Source: Auanema rhodensis
Lineage: Eukaryota > Animalia > Nematoda
Direction: 5' to 3'
Assembly (NCBI GenBank): GCA_964057225.1
Contig: CAXKVF010000077.1
Location: 558,001-622,000, forward strand
DNA length: 64,000 nucleotides
Each line of letters starts with the position of its first letter. Positions within the stretch are counted from its first letter, which is position 1. The position numbers and the translations under genes were made by a program. Under the pieces are notes generated by a model. That model was not told the DNA's origin. It searched no databases and saw only the letters and a program-made list of their open reading frames with translations. Shown here piece after piece: positions 26,753 to 41,370 of this stretch.

Positions 26753-29700
26753 ATACCAAGTGCACATCACGTGTACATTTAATTAGCATAAATTAAAGTT
26801 CACGTAAATTTCAAAGTCATGGTTACCATGAACTAATATCAATAAAAATTTGTTTTTAGACTAATATGGACATGGGGAATCTAATTTTGAAAACCGCATC
26901 TCTTTATCTTTCACGTGAAGCGAGTTACATACCAAGTGCACATCACGTGTACATTTAATTAGCATAAATTAAAGTTCACGTAAATTTCAAAGTCATGGTT
27001 ACCATGAACCAATATCAATAAAAATTTGTTTTTAGACTAATATGGACATGGGGAATCTAATTTTGAAAACCGCATCTCTTTATCTTTCACGTGAAGCGAG
27101 TTACATACCAAGTGCACATCACGTGTACATTTAATTAGCATAAATTAAAGTTCACGTAAATTTCAAAGTCATGGTTACCATGAACTAATATCAATAAAAA
27201 TTTGTTTTTAGACTAATATGGACATGGGGAATCTAATTTTGAAAACCGCATCTCTTTATCTTTCACGTGAAGCGAGTTACATACCAAGTGCACATCACGT
27301 GTACATTTAATTAGCATAAATTAAAGTTCACGTAAATTTCAAAGTCATGGTTACCATGAACCAATATCAATGAAAATTTGTTTTTAGACTAATATGGACA
27401 TGGGGAATCTAATTTTGAAAACCGCATCTCTTTATCTTTCACGTGAAGCGAGTTACATACCAAGTGCACATCACGTGTACATTTAATTAGCATAAATTAA
27501 AGTTCACGTAAATTTCAAAGTCATGGTTACCATGAACCAATATCAATAAAAATTTGTTTTTAGACTAATATGGACATGAGGAATCTAATTTTGAAAACCG
27601 CATCTCTTTATCTTTCACGTGAAGCGAGTTACATACCAAGTGCACATCACGTGTACATTTAATTAGCATAATTTAAAGTTCACGTAAATTTCAAAGTCAT
27701 GGTTACCATGCACCAATATCAATAAAAATTTGTTTTTAGACTAATATGAACATGGGGAATCTAATTTTGAAAACCGCATCTCTTTATCTTTCACGTGAAG
27801 CGAGTTACATACCAAGTGCACATCACGTGTACATTTAATTAGCATAAATTAAAGTTCACGTAAATTTCAAAGTCATGGTTACCATGCACCAATATCAATA
27901 AAAATTTGTTTTTAGACTAATATGGACATGGGGAATCTAATTTTGAAAACCGCATCTCTTTATCTTTCACGTGAAGCGAGTTACATACCAAGTGCACATC
28001 ACGTGTACATTTAATTAGCATAAATTAAAGTTCACGTAAACTTCAAAGTCATGGTTACCATGCACCAATATCAATAAAAATTTGTTTTTAGACTAATATG
28101 GACATGGGGAATCTAATTTTGAAAACCGCATCTCTTTATCTTTCACGTGAAGCGAGTTACATACCAAGTGCACATCACGTGTACATTTAATTAGCATAAA
28201 TTAAAGTTCACGTAAATTTCAAAGTCATGGTTACCATGAAGCAATATCAATAAAAATTTGTTTTTAGACTAATATGGACATGGGGAATCTAATTTTGAAA
28301 ACCACATCTCTTTATCTTTCACGTGAAGCGAGTTACATACCAAGTGCACATCACGTGTACATTTAATTAGCATAAATTAAAGTTCACGTAAATTTCAAAG
28401 TCATGGTTACCATTCACCAATATCAATAAAAATTTGTTTTTAGACTAATATGGACATGGGGAATCTAATTTTGAAAACCGCATCTCTTTATCTTTCACGT
28501 GAAGCGAGTTACATACCAAGTGCACATCACGTGTACATTTAATTAGCATAAATTAAAGTTCACGTAAATTTCAAAGTCATGGTTACCATGCACCAATATC
28601 AATAAAAATTTGTTTTTAGACTAATATGGACATGGGGAATCTAATTTTGAAAACCGCATCTCTTTATCTTTCACGTGAAGCGAGTTACATACCAAGTGCA
28701 CATCACGTGTACATTTAATTAGCATAAATTAAAGTTCACGTAAATTTCAAAGTCATGGTTACCATGAAGCAATATCAATAAAAATTTGTTTTTAGACTAA
28801 TATGGACATGGGGAATCTAATTTTGAAAACCACATCTCTTTATCTTTCACGTGAAGCGAGTTACATACCAAGTGCACATCACGTGTACATTTAATTAGCA
28901 TAAATTAAAGTTCACGTAAATTTCAAAGTCATGGTTACCATGAACCAATATCAATAAAAATTTGTTTTTAGACTAATATGGACATGGGGAATCTAATTTT
29001 GAAAACCGCATCTCTTTATCTTTCACGTGAAGCGAGTTACATACCAAGTGCACATCACGTGTACATTTAATTAGCATAAATTAAAGTTCACGTAAATTTC
29101 AAAGTCATGGTTACCATGAACTAATATCAATAAAAATTTGTTTTTAGACTAATATGGACATGGGGAATCTAATTTTGAAAACCGCATCTCTTTATCTTTC
29201 ACGTGAAGCGAGTTACATACCAAGTGCACATCACGTGTACATTTAATTAGCATAAATTAAAGTTCACGTAAATTTCAAAGTCATGGTTACCATGAACCAA
29301 TATCAATAAAAATTTGTTTTTAGACTAATATGGACATGGGGAATCTAATTTTGAAAACCGCATCTCTTTATCTTTCACGTGAAGCGAGTTACATACCAAG
29401 TGCACATCACGTGTACATTTAATTAGCATAAATTAAAGTTCACGTAAATTTCAAAGTCATGGTTACCATGAACTAATATCAATAAAAATTTGTTTTTAGA
29501 CTAATATGGACATGGGGAATCTAATTTTGAAAACCGCATCTCTTTATCTTTCACGTGAAGCGAGTTACATACCAAGTGCACATCACGTGTACATTTAATT
29601 AGCATAAATTAAAGTTCACGTAAATTTCAAAGTCATGGTTACCATGAACCAATATCAATGAAAATTTGTTTTTAGACTAATATGGACATGGGGAATCTAA

Positions 29701-30976
29701 TTTTGAAAACCGCATCTCTTTATCTTTCACGTGAAGCGAGTTACATACCAAGTGCACATCACGTGTACATTTAATTAGCATAAATTAAAGTTCACGTAAA
29801 TTTCAAAGTCATGGTTACCATGAACCAATATCAATAAAAATTTGTTTTTAGACTAATATGGACATGAGGAATCTAATTTTGAAAACCGCATCTCTTTATC
29901 TTTCACGTGAAGCGAGTTACATACCAAGTGCACATCACGTGTACATTTAATTAGCATAATTTAAAGTTCACGTAAATTTCAAAGTCATGGTTACCATGCA
30001 CCAATATCAATAAAAATTTGTTTTTAGACTAATATGAACATGGGGAATCTAATTTTGAAAACCGCATCTCTTTATCTTTCACGTGAAGCGAGTTACATAC
30101 CAAGTGCACATCACGTGTACATTTAATTAGCATAAATTAAAGTTCACGTAAATTTCAAAGTCATGGTTACCATGCACCAATATCAATAAAAATTTGTTTT
30201 TAGACTAATATGGACATGGGGAATCTAATTTTGAAAACCGCATCTCTTTATCTTTCACGTGAAGCGAGTTACATACCAAGTGCACATCACGTGTACATTT
30301 AATTAGCATAAATTAAAGTTCACGTAAACTTCAAAGTCATGGTTACCATGCACCAATATCAATAAAAATTTGTTTTTAGACTAATATGGACATGGGGAAT
30401 CTAATTTTGAAAACCGCATCTCTTTATCTTTCACGTGAAGCGAGTTACATACCAAGTGCACATCACGTGTACATTTAATTAGCATAAATTAAAGTTCACG
30501 TAAATTTCAAAGTCATGGTTACCATGAAGCAATATCAATAAAAATTTGTTTTTAGACTAATATGGACATGGGGAATCTAATTTTGAAAACCACATCTCTT
30601 TATCTTTCACGTGAAGCGAGTTACATACCAAGTGCACATCACGTGTACATTTAATTAGCATAAATTAAAGTTCACGTAAATTTCAAAGTCATGGTTACCA
30701 TTCACCAATATCAATAAAAATTTGTTTTTAGACTAATATGGACATGGGGAATCTAATTTTGAAAACCGCATCTCTTTATCTTTCACGTGAAGCGAGTTAC
30801 ATACCAAGTGCACATCACGTGTACATTTAATTAGCATAAATTAAAGTTCACGTAAATTTCAAAGTCATGGTTACCATGCACCAATATCAATAAAAATTTG
30901 TTTTTAGACTAATATGGACATGGGGAATCTAATTTTGAAAACCGCATCTCTTTATCTTTCACGTGAAGCGAGTTAC
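26401..30976. repeat. Tandem duplication of a 13-monomer (2288-bp) unit
   Basis: A92G at 27372/29660 and G78T at 28414/30702, with an identical order of intervening monomer types at a 2288-bp offset. Confidence 0.88.
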
Positions 30977-32560
30977 ATACCAAGTGCACATCACGTGTAC
31001 ATTTAATTAGCATAAATTAAAGTTCACGTAAATTTCAAAGTCATGGTTACCATGAAGCAATATCAATAAAAATTTGTTTTTAGACTAATATGGACATGGG
31101 GAATCTAATTTTGAAAACCGCATCTCTTTATCTTTCACGTGAAGCGAGTTACATACCAAGTGCACATCACGTGTACATTCAATTAGCATAAATTAAAGTT
31201 CACGTAAATTTCAAAGTCATGGTTACCATGAACTAATATCAATAAAAATTTGTTTTTAGACTAATATGGACATGGGGAATCTAATTTTGAAAACCGCATC
31301 TCTTTATCTTTCACGTGAAGCGAGTTACATACCAAGTGCACATCACGTGTACATTTAATTAGCATAAATTAAAGTTCACGTAAATTTCAAAGTCATGGTT
31401 ACCATGAACTAATATCAATAAAAATTTGTTTTTAGACTAATATGGACATGGGGAATCTAATTTTGAAAACCGCATCTCTTTATCTTTCACGTGAAGCGAG
31501 TTACATACCAAGTGCACATCACGTGTACAATTAATTAGCATAAATTAAAGTTCACGTAAATTTCAAAGTCATGGTTACCATGAAGCAATATCAATAAAAA
31601 TTTGTTTCTAGACTAATACGGACATGGGGAATCTAATTTTGAAAACCGCATCTCTTTATCTTTCACGTGAAGCGAGTTACATACCAAGTGCACATCACGT
31701 GTACATTTAATTAGCATAAATTAAAGTTCACGTAAATTTCAAAGTCATGGTTACCATGAACTAATATCAATAAAAATTTGTTTTTAGACTAATATGGACA
31801 TGGGGAATCTAATTTTGAAAACCGCATCTCTTTATCTTTCACGTGAAGCGAGTTACATACCAAGTGCACATCACGTGTACATTTAATTAGCATAAATTAA
31901 AGTTCACGTAAATTTCAAAGTCATGGTTACCATGAACCAATATCAATAAAAATTTGTTTTTAGACTAATATGGACATGGGGAATCTAATTTTGAAAACCG
32001 CATCTCTTTATCTTTCACGTGAAGCGAGTTACATACCAAGTGCACATCACGTGTACATTTAATTAGCATAAATTAAAGTTCACGTAAATTTCAAAGTCAT
32101 GGTTACCATGAACTAATATCAATAAAAATTTGTTTTTAGACTAATATGGACATGGGGAATTTAATTTTGAAAACCGCATCTCTTTATCTTTCACGTGAAG
32201 CGAGTTACATACCAAGTGCACATCACGTGTACAATTAATTAGCATAAATTAAAGTTCACGTAAATTTCAAAGTCATGGTTACCATGAAGCAATATCAATA
32301 AAAATTTGTTTTTAGACTAATATGGACATGGGGAATCTAATTTTGAAAACCGCATCTCTTTATCTTTCACGTGAAGCGAGTTACATACCAAGTGCACATC
32401 ACGTGTACATTTAATTAGCATAAATTAAAGTTCACGTAAATTTCAAAGTCATGGTTACCATGAACTAATATCAATAAAAATTTGTTTTTAGACTAATATG
32501 GACATGGGGAATCTAATTTTGAAAACCGCATCTCTTTATCTTTCACGTGAAGCGAGTTAC

Positions 32561-33968
32561 ATACCAAGTGCACATCACGTGTACATTTAATTAGCATAAA
32601 TTAAAGTTCACGTAAATTTCAAAGTCATGGTTACCATGAACCAATATCAATAAAAATTTGTTTTTAGACTAATATGGACATGGGGAATCTAATTTTGAAA
32701 ACCGCATCTCTTTATCTTTCACGTGAAGCGAGTTACATACCAAGTGCACATCACGTGTACATTTAATTAGCATAAATTAAAGTTCACGTAAATTTCAAAG
32801 TCATGGTTACCATGAACCAATATCAATAAAAATTTGTTTTTAGACTAATATGGACATGGGGAATCTAATTTTGAAAACCGCATCTCTTTATCTTTCACGT
32901 GAAGCGAGTTACATACCAAGTGCACATCACGTGTACATTTAATTAGCATAAATTAAAGTTCACGTAAATTTCAAAGTCATGGTTACCATGAACTAATATC
33001 AATAAAAATTTGTTTTTAGACTAATATGGACATGGGGAATCTAATTTTGAAAACCGCATCTCTTTATCTTTCACGTGAAGCGAGTTACATACCAAGTGCA
33101 CATCACGTGTACATTTAATTAGCATAAATTAAAGTTCACGTAAATTTCAAAGTCATGGTTACCATGAACCAATATCAATAAAAATTTGTTTTTAGACTAA
33201 TATGGACATGGGGAATCTAATTTTAAAAACCGCATCTCTTTATCTTTCACGTGAAGCGAGTTACATACCAAGTGCACATCACGTGTACATTTAATTAGCA
33301 TAAATTAAAGTTCACGTAAATTTCAAAGTCATGGTTACCATGAACCAATATCAATAAAAATTTGTTTTTAGACTAATATGGACATGGGGAATCTAATTTT
33401 GAAAACCGCATCTCTTTATCTTTCACGTGAAGCGAGTTACATACCAAGTGCACATCACGTGTACATTTAATTAGCATAAATTAAAGTTCACGTAAATTTC
33501 AAAGTCATGGTTACCATGAACCAATATCAATAAAAATTTGTTTTTAGACTAATATGGACATGGGGAATCTAATTTTGAAAACCGCATCTCTTTATCTTTC
33601 ACGTGAAGCGAGTTACATACCAAGTGCACATCACGTGTACATTTAATTAGCATAAATTAAAGTTCACGTAAATTTCAAAGTCATGGTTACCATGAACTAA
33701 TATCAATAAAAATTTGTTTTTAGACTAATATGGACATGGGGAATCTAATTTTGAAAACCGCATCTCTTTATCTTTCACGTGAAGCGAGTTACATACCAAG
33801 TGCACATCACGTGTACATTTAATTAGCATAAATTAAAGTTCACGTAAATTTCAAAGTCATGGTTACCATGAACCAATATCAATAAAAATTTGTTTTTAGA
33901 CTAATATGGACATGGGGAATCTAATTTTAAAAACCGCATCTCTTTATCTTTCACGTGAAGCGAGTTAC
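32561..33968. repeat. Tandem duplication of a 4-monomer (704-bp) unit
   Basis: G137A seen only at 33225 and 33929 (704 apart), each preceded by AACC, AACC, AACT monomers. Confidence 0.75.
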
Positions 33969-36784
33969 ATACCAAGTGCACATCACGTGTACATTTAATT
34001 AGCATAAATTAAAGTTCACGTAAATTTCAAAGTCATGGTTACCATGAACCAATATCAATAAAAATTTGTTTTTAGACTAATATGGACATGGGGAATCTAA
34101 TTTTGAAAACCGCATCTCTTTATCTTTCACGTGAAGCGAGTTACATACCAAGTGCACATCACGTGTACAATTAATTAGCATAAATTAAAGTTCACGTAAA
34201 TTTCAAAGTCATGGTTACCATGAAGCAATATCAATAAAAATTTGTTTCTAGACTAATATGGACATGGGGAATCTAATTTTGAAAACCGCATCTCTTTATC
34301 TTTCACGTGAAGCGAGTTACATACCAAGTGCACATCACGTGTACATTTAATTAGCATAAATTAAAGTTCACGTAAATTTCAAAGTCATGGTTACCATGAA
34401 GCAATATCAATAAAAATTTGTTTTTAGACTAATATGGACATGGGGAATCTAATTTTGAAAACCACATCTCTTTATCTTTCACGTGAAGCGAGTTACATAC
34501 CAAGTGCACATCACGTGTACATTTAATTAGCATAAATTAAAGTTCACGTAAATTTCAAAGTCATGGTTACCATGAACCAATATCAATAAAAATTTGTTTT
34601 TAGACTAATATGGACATGGGGAATCTAATTTTGAAAACCGCATCTCTTTATCTTTCACGTGAAGCGAGTTACATACCAAGTGCACATCACGTGTACATTT
34701 AATTAGCATAAATTAAAGTTCACGTAAATTTCAAAGTCATGGTTACCATGAACTAATATCAATAAAAATTTGTTTTTAGACTAATATGGACATGGGGAAT
34801 CTAATTTTGAAAACCGCATCTCTTCATCTTTCACGTGAAGCGAGTTACATACCAAGTGCACATCACGTGTACATTTAATTAGCATAAATTAAAGTTCACG
34901 TAAATTTCAAAGTCATGGTTACCATGCACCAATATCAATAAAAATTTGTTTTTAGACTAATATGGACATGGGGAATCTAATTTTGAAAACCGCATCTCTT
35001 TTTCTTTCACGTGAAGCGAGTTACATACCAAGTGCACATCACGTGTACATTTAATTAGCATAAATTAAAGTTCACGTAAATTTCAAAGTCATGGTTACCA
35101 TGAACCAATATCAATAAAAATTTGTTTTTAGACTAATATGGACATGGGGAATCTAATTTTGAAAACCGCATCTCTTTATCTTTCACGTGAAGCGAGTTAC
35201 ATACCAAGTGCACATCACGTGTACAATTAATTAGCATAAATTAAAGTTCACGTAAATTTCAAAGTCATGGTTACCATGAAGCAATATCAATAAAAATTTG
35301 TTTCTAGACTAATATGGACATGGGGAATCTAATTTTGAAAACCGCATCTCTTTATCTTTCACGTGAAGCGAGTTACATACCAAGTGCACATCACGTGTAC
35401 ATTTAATCAGCATAAATTAAAGTTCACGTAAATTTCAAAGTCATGGTTACCATGAAGCAATATCAATAAAAATTTGTTTTTAGACTAATATGGACATGGG
35501 GAATCTAATTTTGAAAACCACATCTCTTTATCTTTCACGTGAAGCGAGTTACATACCAAGTGCACATCACGTGTACATTTAATTAGCATAAATTAAAGTT
35601 CACGTAAATTTCAAAGTCATGGTTACCATGAACCAATATCAATAAAAATTTGTTTTTAGACTAATATGGACATGGGGAATCTAATTTTGAAAACCGCATC
35701 TCTTTATCTTTCACGTGAAGCGAGTTACATACCAAGTGCACATCACGTGTACATTTAATTAGCATAAATTAAAGTTCACGTAAATTTCAAAGTCATGGTT
35801 ACCATGAACTAATATCAATAAAAATTTGTTTTTAGACTAATATGGACATGGGGAATCTAATTTTGAAAACCGCATCTCTTTATCTTTCACGTGAAGCGAG
35901 TTACATACCGAGTGCACATCACGTGTACATTTAATTAGCATAAATTAAAGTTCACGTAAATTTCAAAGTCATGGTTACCATGAACCAATATCAATAAAAA
36001 TTTGTTTTTAGACTAATATGGACATGGGGAATCTAATTTTGAAAACCGCATCTCTTTATCTTTCACGTGAAGCGAGTTACATACCAAGTGCACATCACGT
36101 GTACATTTAATTAGCATAAATTAAAGTTCACGTAAATTTCAAAGTCATGGTTACCATGAACCAATATCAATAAAAATTTGTTTTTAGACTAATATGGACA
36201 TGGGGAATCTAATTTTGAAAACCGCATCTCTTTATCTTTCACGTGAAGCGAGTTACATACCAAGTGCACATCACGTGTACATTTAATTAGCATAAATTAA
36301 AGTTCACGTAAATTTCAAAGTCATGGTTACCATGAACCAATATCAATAAAAATTTGTTTTTAGACTAATATGGACATGGGGAATCTAATTTTGAAAACCG
36401 CATCTCTTTATCTTTCACGTGAAGCGAGTTACATACCAAGTGCACATCACGTGTACATTTAATTAGCATAAATTAAAGTTCACGTAAATTTCAAAGTCAT
36501 GGTTACCATGCACCAATATCAATAAAAATTTGTTTTTAGACTAATATGAACATGGGGAATCTAATTTTGAAAACCGCATCTCTTTATCTTTCACGTGAAG
36601 CGAGTTACATACCAAGTGCACATCACGTGTACATTTAATTAGCATAAATTAAAGTTCACGTAAATTTCAAAGTCATGGTTACCATGAACCAATATCAATA
36701 AAAATTTGTTTTTAGACTAATATGGACATGGGGAATCTAATTTTGAAAACCGCATCTCTTTATCTTTCACGTGAAGCGAGTTAC

Positions 36785-36883
36785 ATACCAAGTGCAATAA
36801 AAATTTGTTTTTAGACTAATATGGACATGGGGAATCTAATTTTGAAAACCGCATCTCTTCATCTTTCACGTGAAGCGAGTTAC
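36785..36883. repeat. Truncated 99-bp monomer carrying a 77-bp internal deletion
   Basis: Reads ATACCAAGTGCA|ATAAAAATTTG, joining pos 12 to pos 90 across a shared CA (pos 11-12 and 88-89). The next monomer starts at 36884 and the array register shifts by 77 bp from there on. Confidence 0.97.
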
Positions 36884-37849
36884 ATACCAAGTGCACATCA
36901 CGTGTACATTTAATTAGCATAAATTAAAGTTCACGTAAATTTCAAAGTCATGGTTACCATGCACCAATATCAATAAAAATTTGTTTTTAGACTAATATGG
37001 ACATGGGGAATCTAATTTTGAAAACCGCATCTCTTTTTCTTTCACGTGAAGCGAGTTACATACCAAGTGCACATCACGTGTACATTTAATTAGCATAAAT
37101 TAAAGTTCACGTAAATTTCAAAGTCATGGTTACCATGCACCAATATCAATAAAAATTTGTTTTTAGACTAATATGGACATGGGGAATCTAATTTTGAAAA
37201 CCGCATCTCTTTATCTTTCACGTGAAGCGAGTTACATACCAAGTGCACATCACGTGTACAATTAATTAGCATAAATTAAAGTTCACGTAAATTTCAAAGT
37301 CATGGTTACCATGAAGGAATATCAATAAAAATTTGTTTCTAGACTAATATGGACATGGGGAATCTAATTTTGAAAACCGCATCTCTTTATCTTTCACGTG
37401 AAGCGAGTTACATACCAAGTGCACATCACGTGTACATTTAATTAGCATAAATTAAAGTTCACGTAAATTTCAAAGTCATGGTTACCATGAAGCAATATCA
37501 ATAAAAATTTGTTTTTAGACTAATATGGACATGGGGAATCTAATTTTGAAAACCACATCTCTTTATCTTTCACGTGAAGCGAGTTACATACCAAGTGCAC
37601 ATCACGTGTACATTTAATTAGCATAAATTAAAGTTCACGTAAATTTCAAAGTCATGGTTACCATGAACCAATATCAATAAAAATTTGTTTTTAGACTAAT
37701 ATGGACATGGGGAATCTAATTTTGAAAACCGCATCTCTTTATCTTTCACGTGAAGCGAGTTACATACCAAGTGCACATCACGTGTACATTTAATTAGCAT
37801 AAATTAAAGTTCACGTAAATTTCAAAGTCATGGTTACCATGAACTAATA

Positions 37850-40800
37850 TCAATAAAAATTTGTTTTTAGACTAATATGGACATGAGGAATCTAATTTTG
37901 AAAACCGCATCTCTTTATCTTTCACGTGAAGCGAGTTACATACCAAGTGCACATCACGTGTACATTTAATTAGCATAAATTAAAGTTCACGTAAATTTCA
38001 AAGTCATGGTTACCATGAACTAATATCAATAAAAATTTGTTTTTAGACTAATATGGACATGGGGAATCTAATTTTGAAAACCGCATCTCTTTATCTTTCA
38101 CGTGAAGCGAGTTACATACCAAGTGCACATCACGTGTACATTTAATTAGCATAAATTAAAGTTCACGTAAATTTCAAAGTCATGGTTACCATGAACCAAT
38201 ATCAATAAAAATTTGTTTTTAGACTAATATGGACATGGGGAATCTAATTTTGAAAACCGCATCTCTTTATCTTTCACGTGAAGCGAGTTACATACCAAGT
38301 GCACATCACGTGTACATTTAATTAGCATAAATTAAAGTTCACGTAAATTTCAAAGTCATGGTTACCATGAACTAATATCAATAAAAATTTGTTTTTAGAC
38401 TAATATGGACATGGGGAATCTAATTTTGAAAACCGCATCTCTTTATCTTTCACGTGAAGCGAGTTACATACCAAGTGCACATCACGTGTACATTTAATTA
38501 GCATAAATTAAAGTTCACGTAAATTTCACAGTCATGGTTACCATGAACCAATATCAATAAAAATTTGTTTTTAGACTAATATGGACATGGGGAATCTAAT
38601 TTTGAAAACCGCATCTCTTTATCTTTCACGTGAAGCGAGTTACATACCAAGTGCACATCACGTGTACATTTAATTAGCATAAATTAAAGTTCACGTAAAT
38701 TTCAAAGTCATGGTTACCATGAACTAATATCAATAAAAATTTGTTTTTAGACTAATATGGACATGGGGAATCTAATTTTGAAAACCGCATCTCTTTATCT
38801 TTCACGTGAAGCGAGTTACATACCAAGTGCACATCACGTGTACATTTAATTAGCATAAATTAAAGTTCACGTAAATTTCAAAGTCATGGTTACCATGAAC
38901 CAATATCAATAAAAATTTGTTTTTAGACTAATATGGACATGGGGAATCTAATTTTGAAAACCGCATCTCTTTATCTTTCACGTGAAGCGAGTTACATACC
39001 AAGTGCACATCACGTGTACATTTAATTAGCATAAATTAAAGTTCACGTAAATTTCAAAGTCATGGTTACCATGAACCAATATCAATAAAAATTTGTTTTT
39101 AGACTAATATGGACATGGGGAATCTAATTTTGAAAACCGCATCTCTTTATCTTTCACGTGAAGCGAGTTACATACCAAGTGCACATCACGTGTACATTTA
39201 ATTAGCATAAATTAAAGTTCACGTAAATTTCAAAGTCATGGTTACCATGAACCAATATCAATGAAAATTTGTTTTTAGACTAATATGAACATGGGGAATC
39301 TAATTTTGAAAACCGCATCTCTTTATCTTTCACGTGAAGCGAGTTACTTACCAAGTGCACATCACGTGTACATTTAATTAGCATAAATTAAAGTTCACGT
39401 AAATTTCAAAGTCATGGTTACCATGAACCAATATCAATAAAAATTTGTTTTTAGACTAATATGGACATGGGGAATCTAATTTTGAAAACCGCATCTCTTT
39501 ATCTTTCACGTGAAGCGAGTTACATACCAAGTGCACATCACGTGTACATTTAATTAGCATAAATTAAAGTTCACGTAAATTTCAAAGTCATGGTTACCAT
39601 GAACCAATATCAATAAAAATTTGTTTTTAGACTAATATGGACATGAGGAATCTAATTTTGAAAACCGCATCTCTTTATCTTTCACGTGAAGCGAGTTACA
39701 TACCAAGTGCACATCACGTGTACATTTAATTAGCATAAATTAAAGTTCACGTAAATTTCAAAGTCATGGTTACCATGAACTAATATCAATAAAAATTTGT
39801 TTTTAGACTAATATGGACATGGGGAATCTAATTTTGAAAACCGCATCTCTTTATCTTTCACGTGAAGCGAGTTACATACCAAGTGCACATCACGTGTACA
39901 TTTAATTAGCATAAATTAAAGTTCACGTAAATTTCAAAGTCATGGTTACCATGAACCAATATCAATAAAAATTTGTTTTTAGACTAATATGGACATGGGG
40001 AATCTAATTTTGAAAACCGCATCTCTTTATCTTTCACGTGAAGCGAGTTACATACCAAGTGCACATCACGTGTACATTTAATTAGCATAAATTAAAGTTC
40101 ACGTAAATTTCAAAGTCATGGTTACCATGAACTAATATCAATAAAAATTTGTTTTTAGACTAATATGGACATGGGGAATCTAATTTTGAAAACCGCATCT
40201 CTTTATCTTTCACGTGAAGCGAGTTACATACCAAGTGCACATCACGTGTACATTTAATTAGCATAAATTAAAGTTCACGTAAATTTCACAGTCATGGTTA
40301 CCATGAACCAATATCAATAAAAATTTGTTTTTAGACTAATATGGACATGGGGAATCTAATTTTGAAAACCGCATCTCTTTATCTTTCACGTGAAGCGAGT
40401 TACATACCAAGTGCACATCACGTGTACATTTAATTAGCATAAATTAAAGTTCACGTAAATTTCAAAGTCATGGTTACCATGAACTAATATCAATAAAAAT
40501 TTGTTTTTAGACTAATATGGACATGGGGAATCTAATTTTGAAAACCGCATCTCTTTATCTTTCACGTGAAGCGAGTTACATACCAAGTGCACATCACGTG
40601 TACATTTAATTAGCATAAATTAAAGTTCACGTAAATTTCAAAGTCATGGTTACCATGAACCAATATCAATAAAAATTTGTTTTTAGACTAATATGGACAT
40701 GGGGAATCTAATTTTGAAAACCGCATCTCTTTATCTTTCACGTGAAGCGAGTTACATACCAAGTGCACATCACGTGTACATTTAATTAGCATAAATTAAA

Positions 40801-41370
40801 GTTCACGTAAATTTCAAAGTCATGGTTACCATGAACCAATATCAATAAAAATTTGTTTTTAGACTAATATGGACATGGGGAATCTAATTTTGAAAACCGC
40901 ATCTCTTTATCTTTCACGTGAAGCGAGTTACATACCAAGTGCACATCACGTGTACATTTAATTAGCATAAATTAAAGTTCACGTAAATTTCAAAGTCATG
41001 GTTACCATGAACCAATATCAATGAAAATTTGTTTTTAGACTAATATGAACATGGGGAATCTAATTTTGAAAACCGCATCTCTTTATCTTTCACGTGAAGC
41101 GAGTTACTTACCAAGTGCACATCACGTGTACATTTAATTAGCATAAATTAAAGTTCACGTAAATTTCAAAGTCATGGTTACCATGAACCAATATCAATAA
41201 AAATTTGTTTTTAGACTAATATGGACATGGGGAATCTAATTTTGAAAACCGCATCTCTTTATCTTTCACGTGAAGCGAGTTACATACCAAGTGCACATCA
41301 CGTGTACATTTAATTAGCATAAATTAAAGTTCACGTAAATTTCAAAGTCATGGTTACCATGAACCAATAT
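37850..41370. repeat. Tandem duplication of a 10-monomer (1760-bp) unit
   Basis: G123A at 37886/39646, A62C at 38529/40289, A92G(+G117A) at 39263/41023 and A1T at 39348/41108, all 1760 apart. Boundaries are approximate. Confidence 0.9.
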
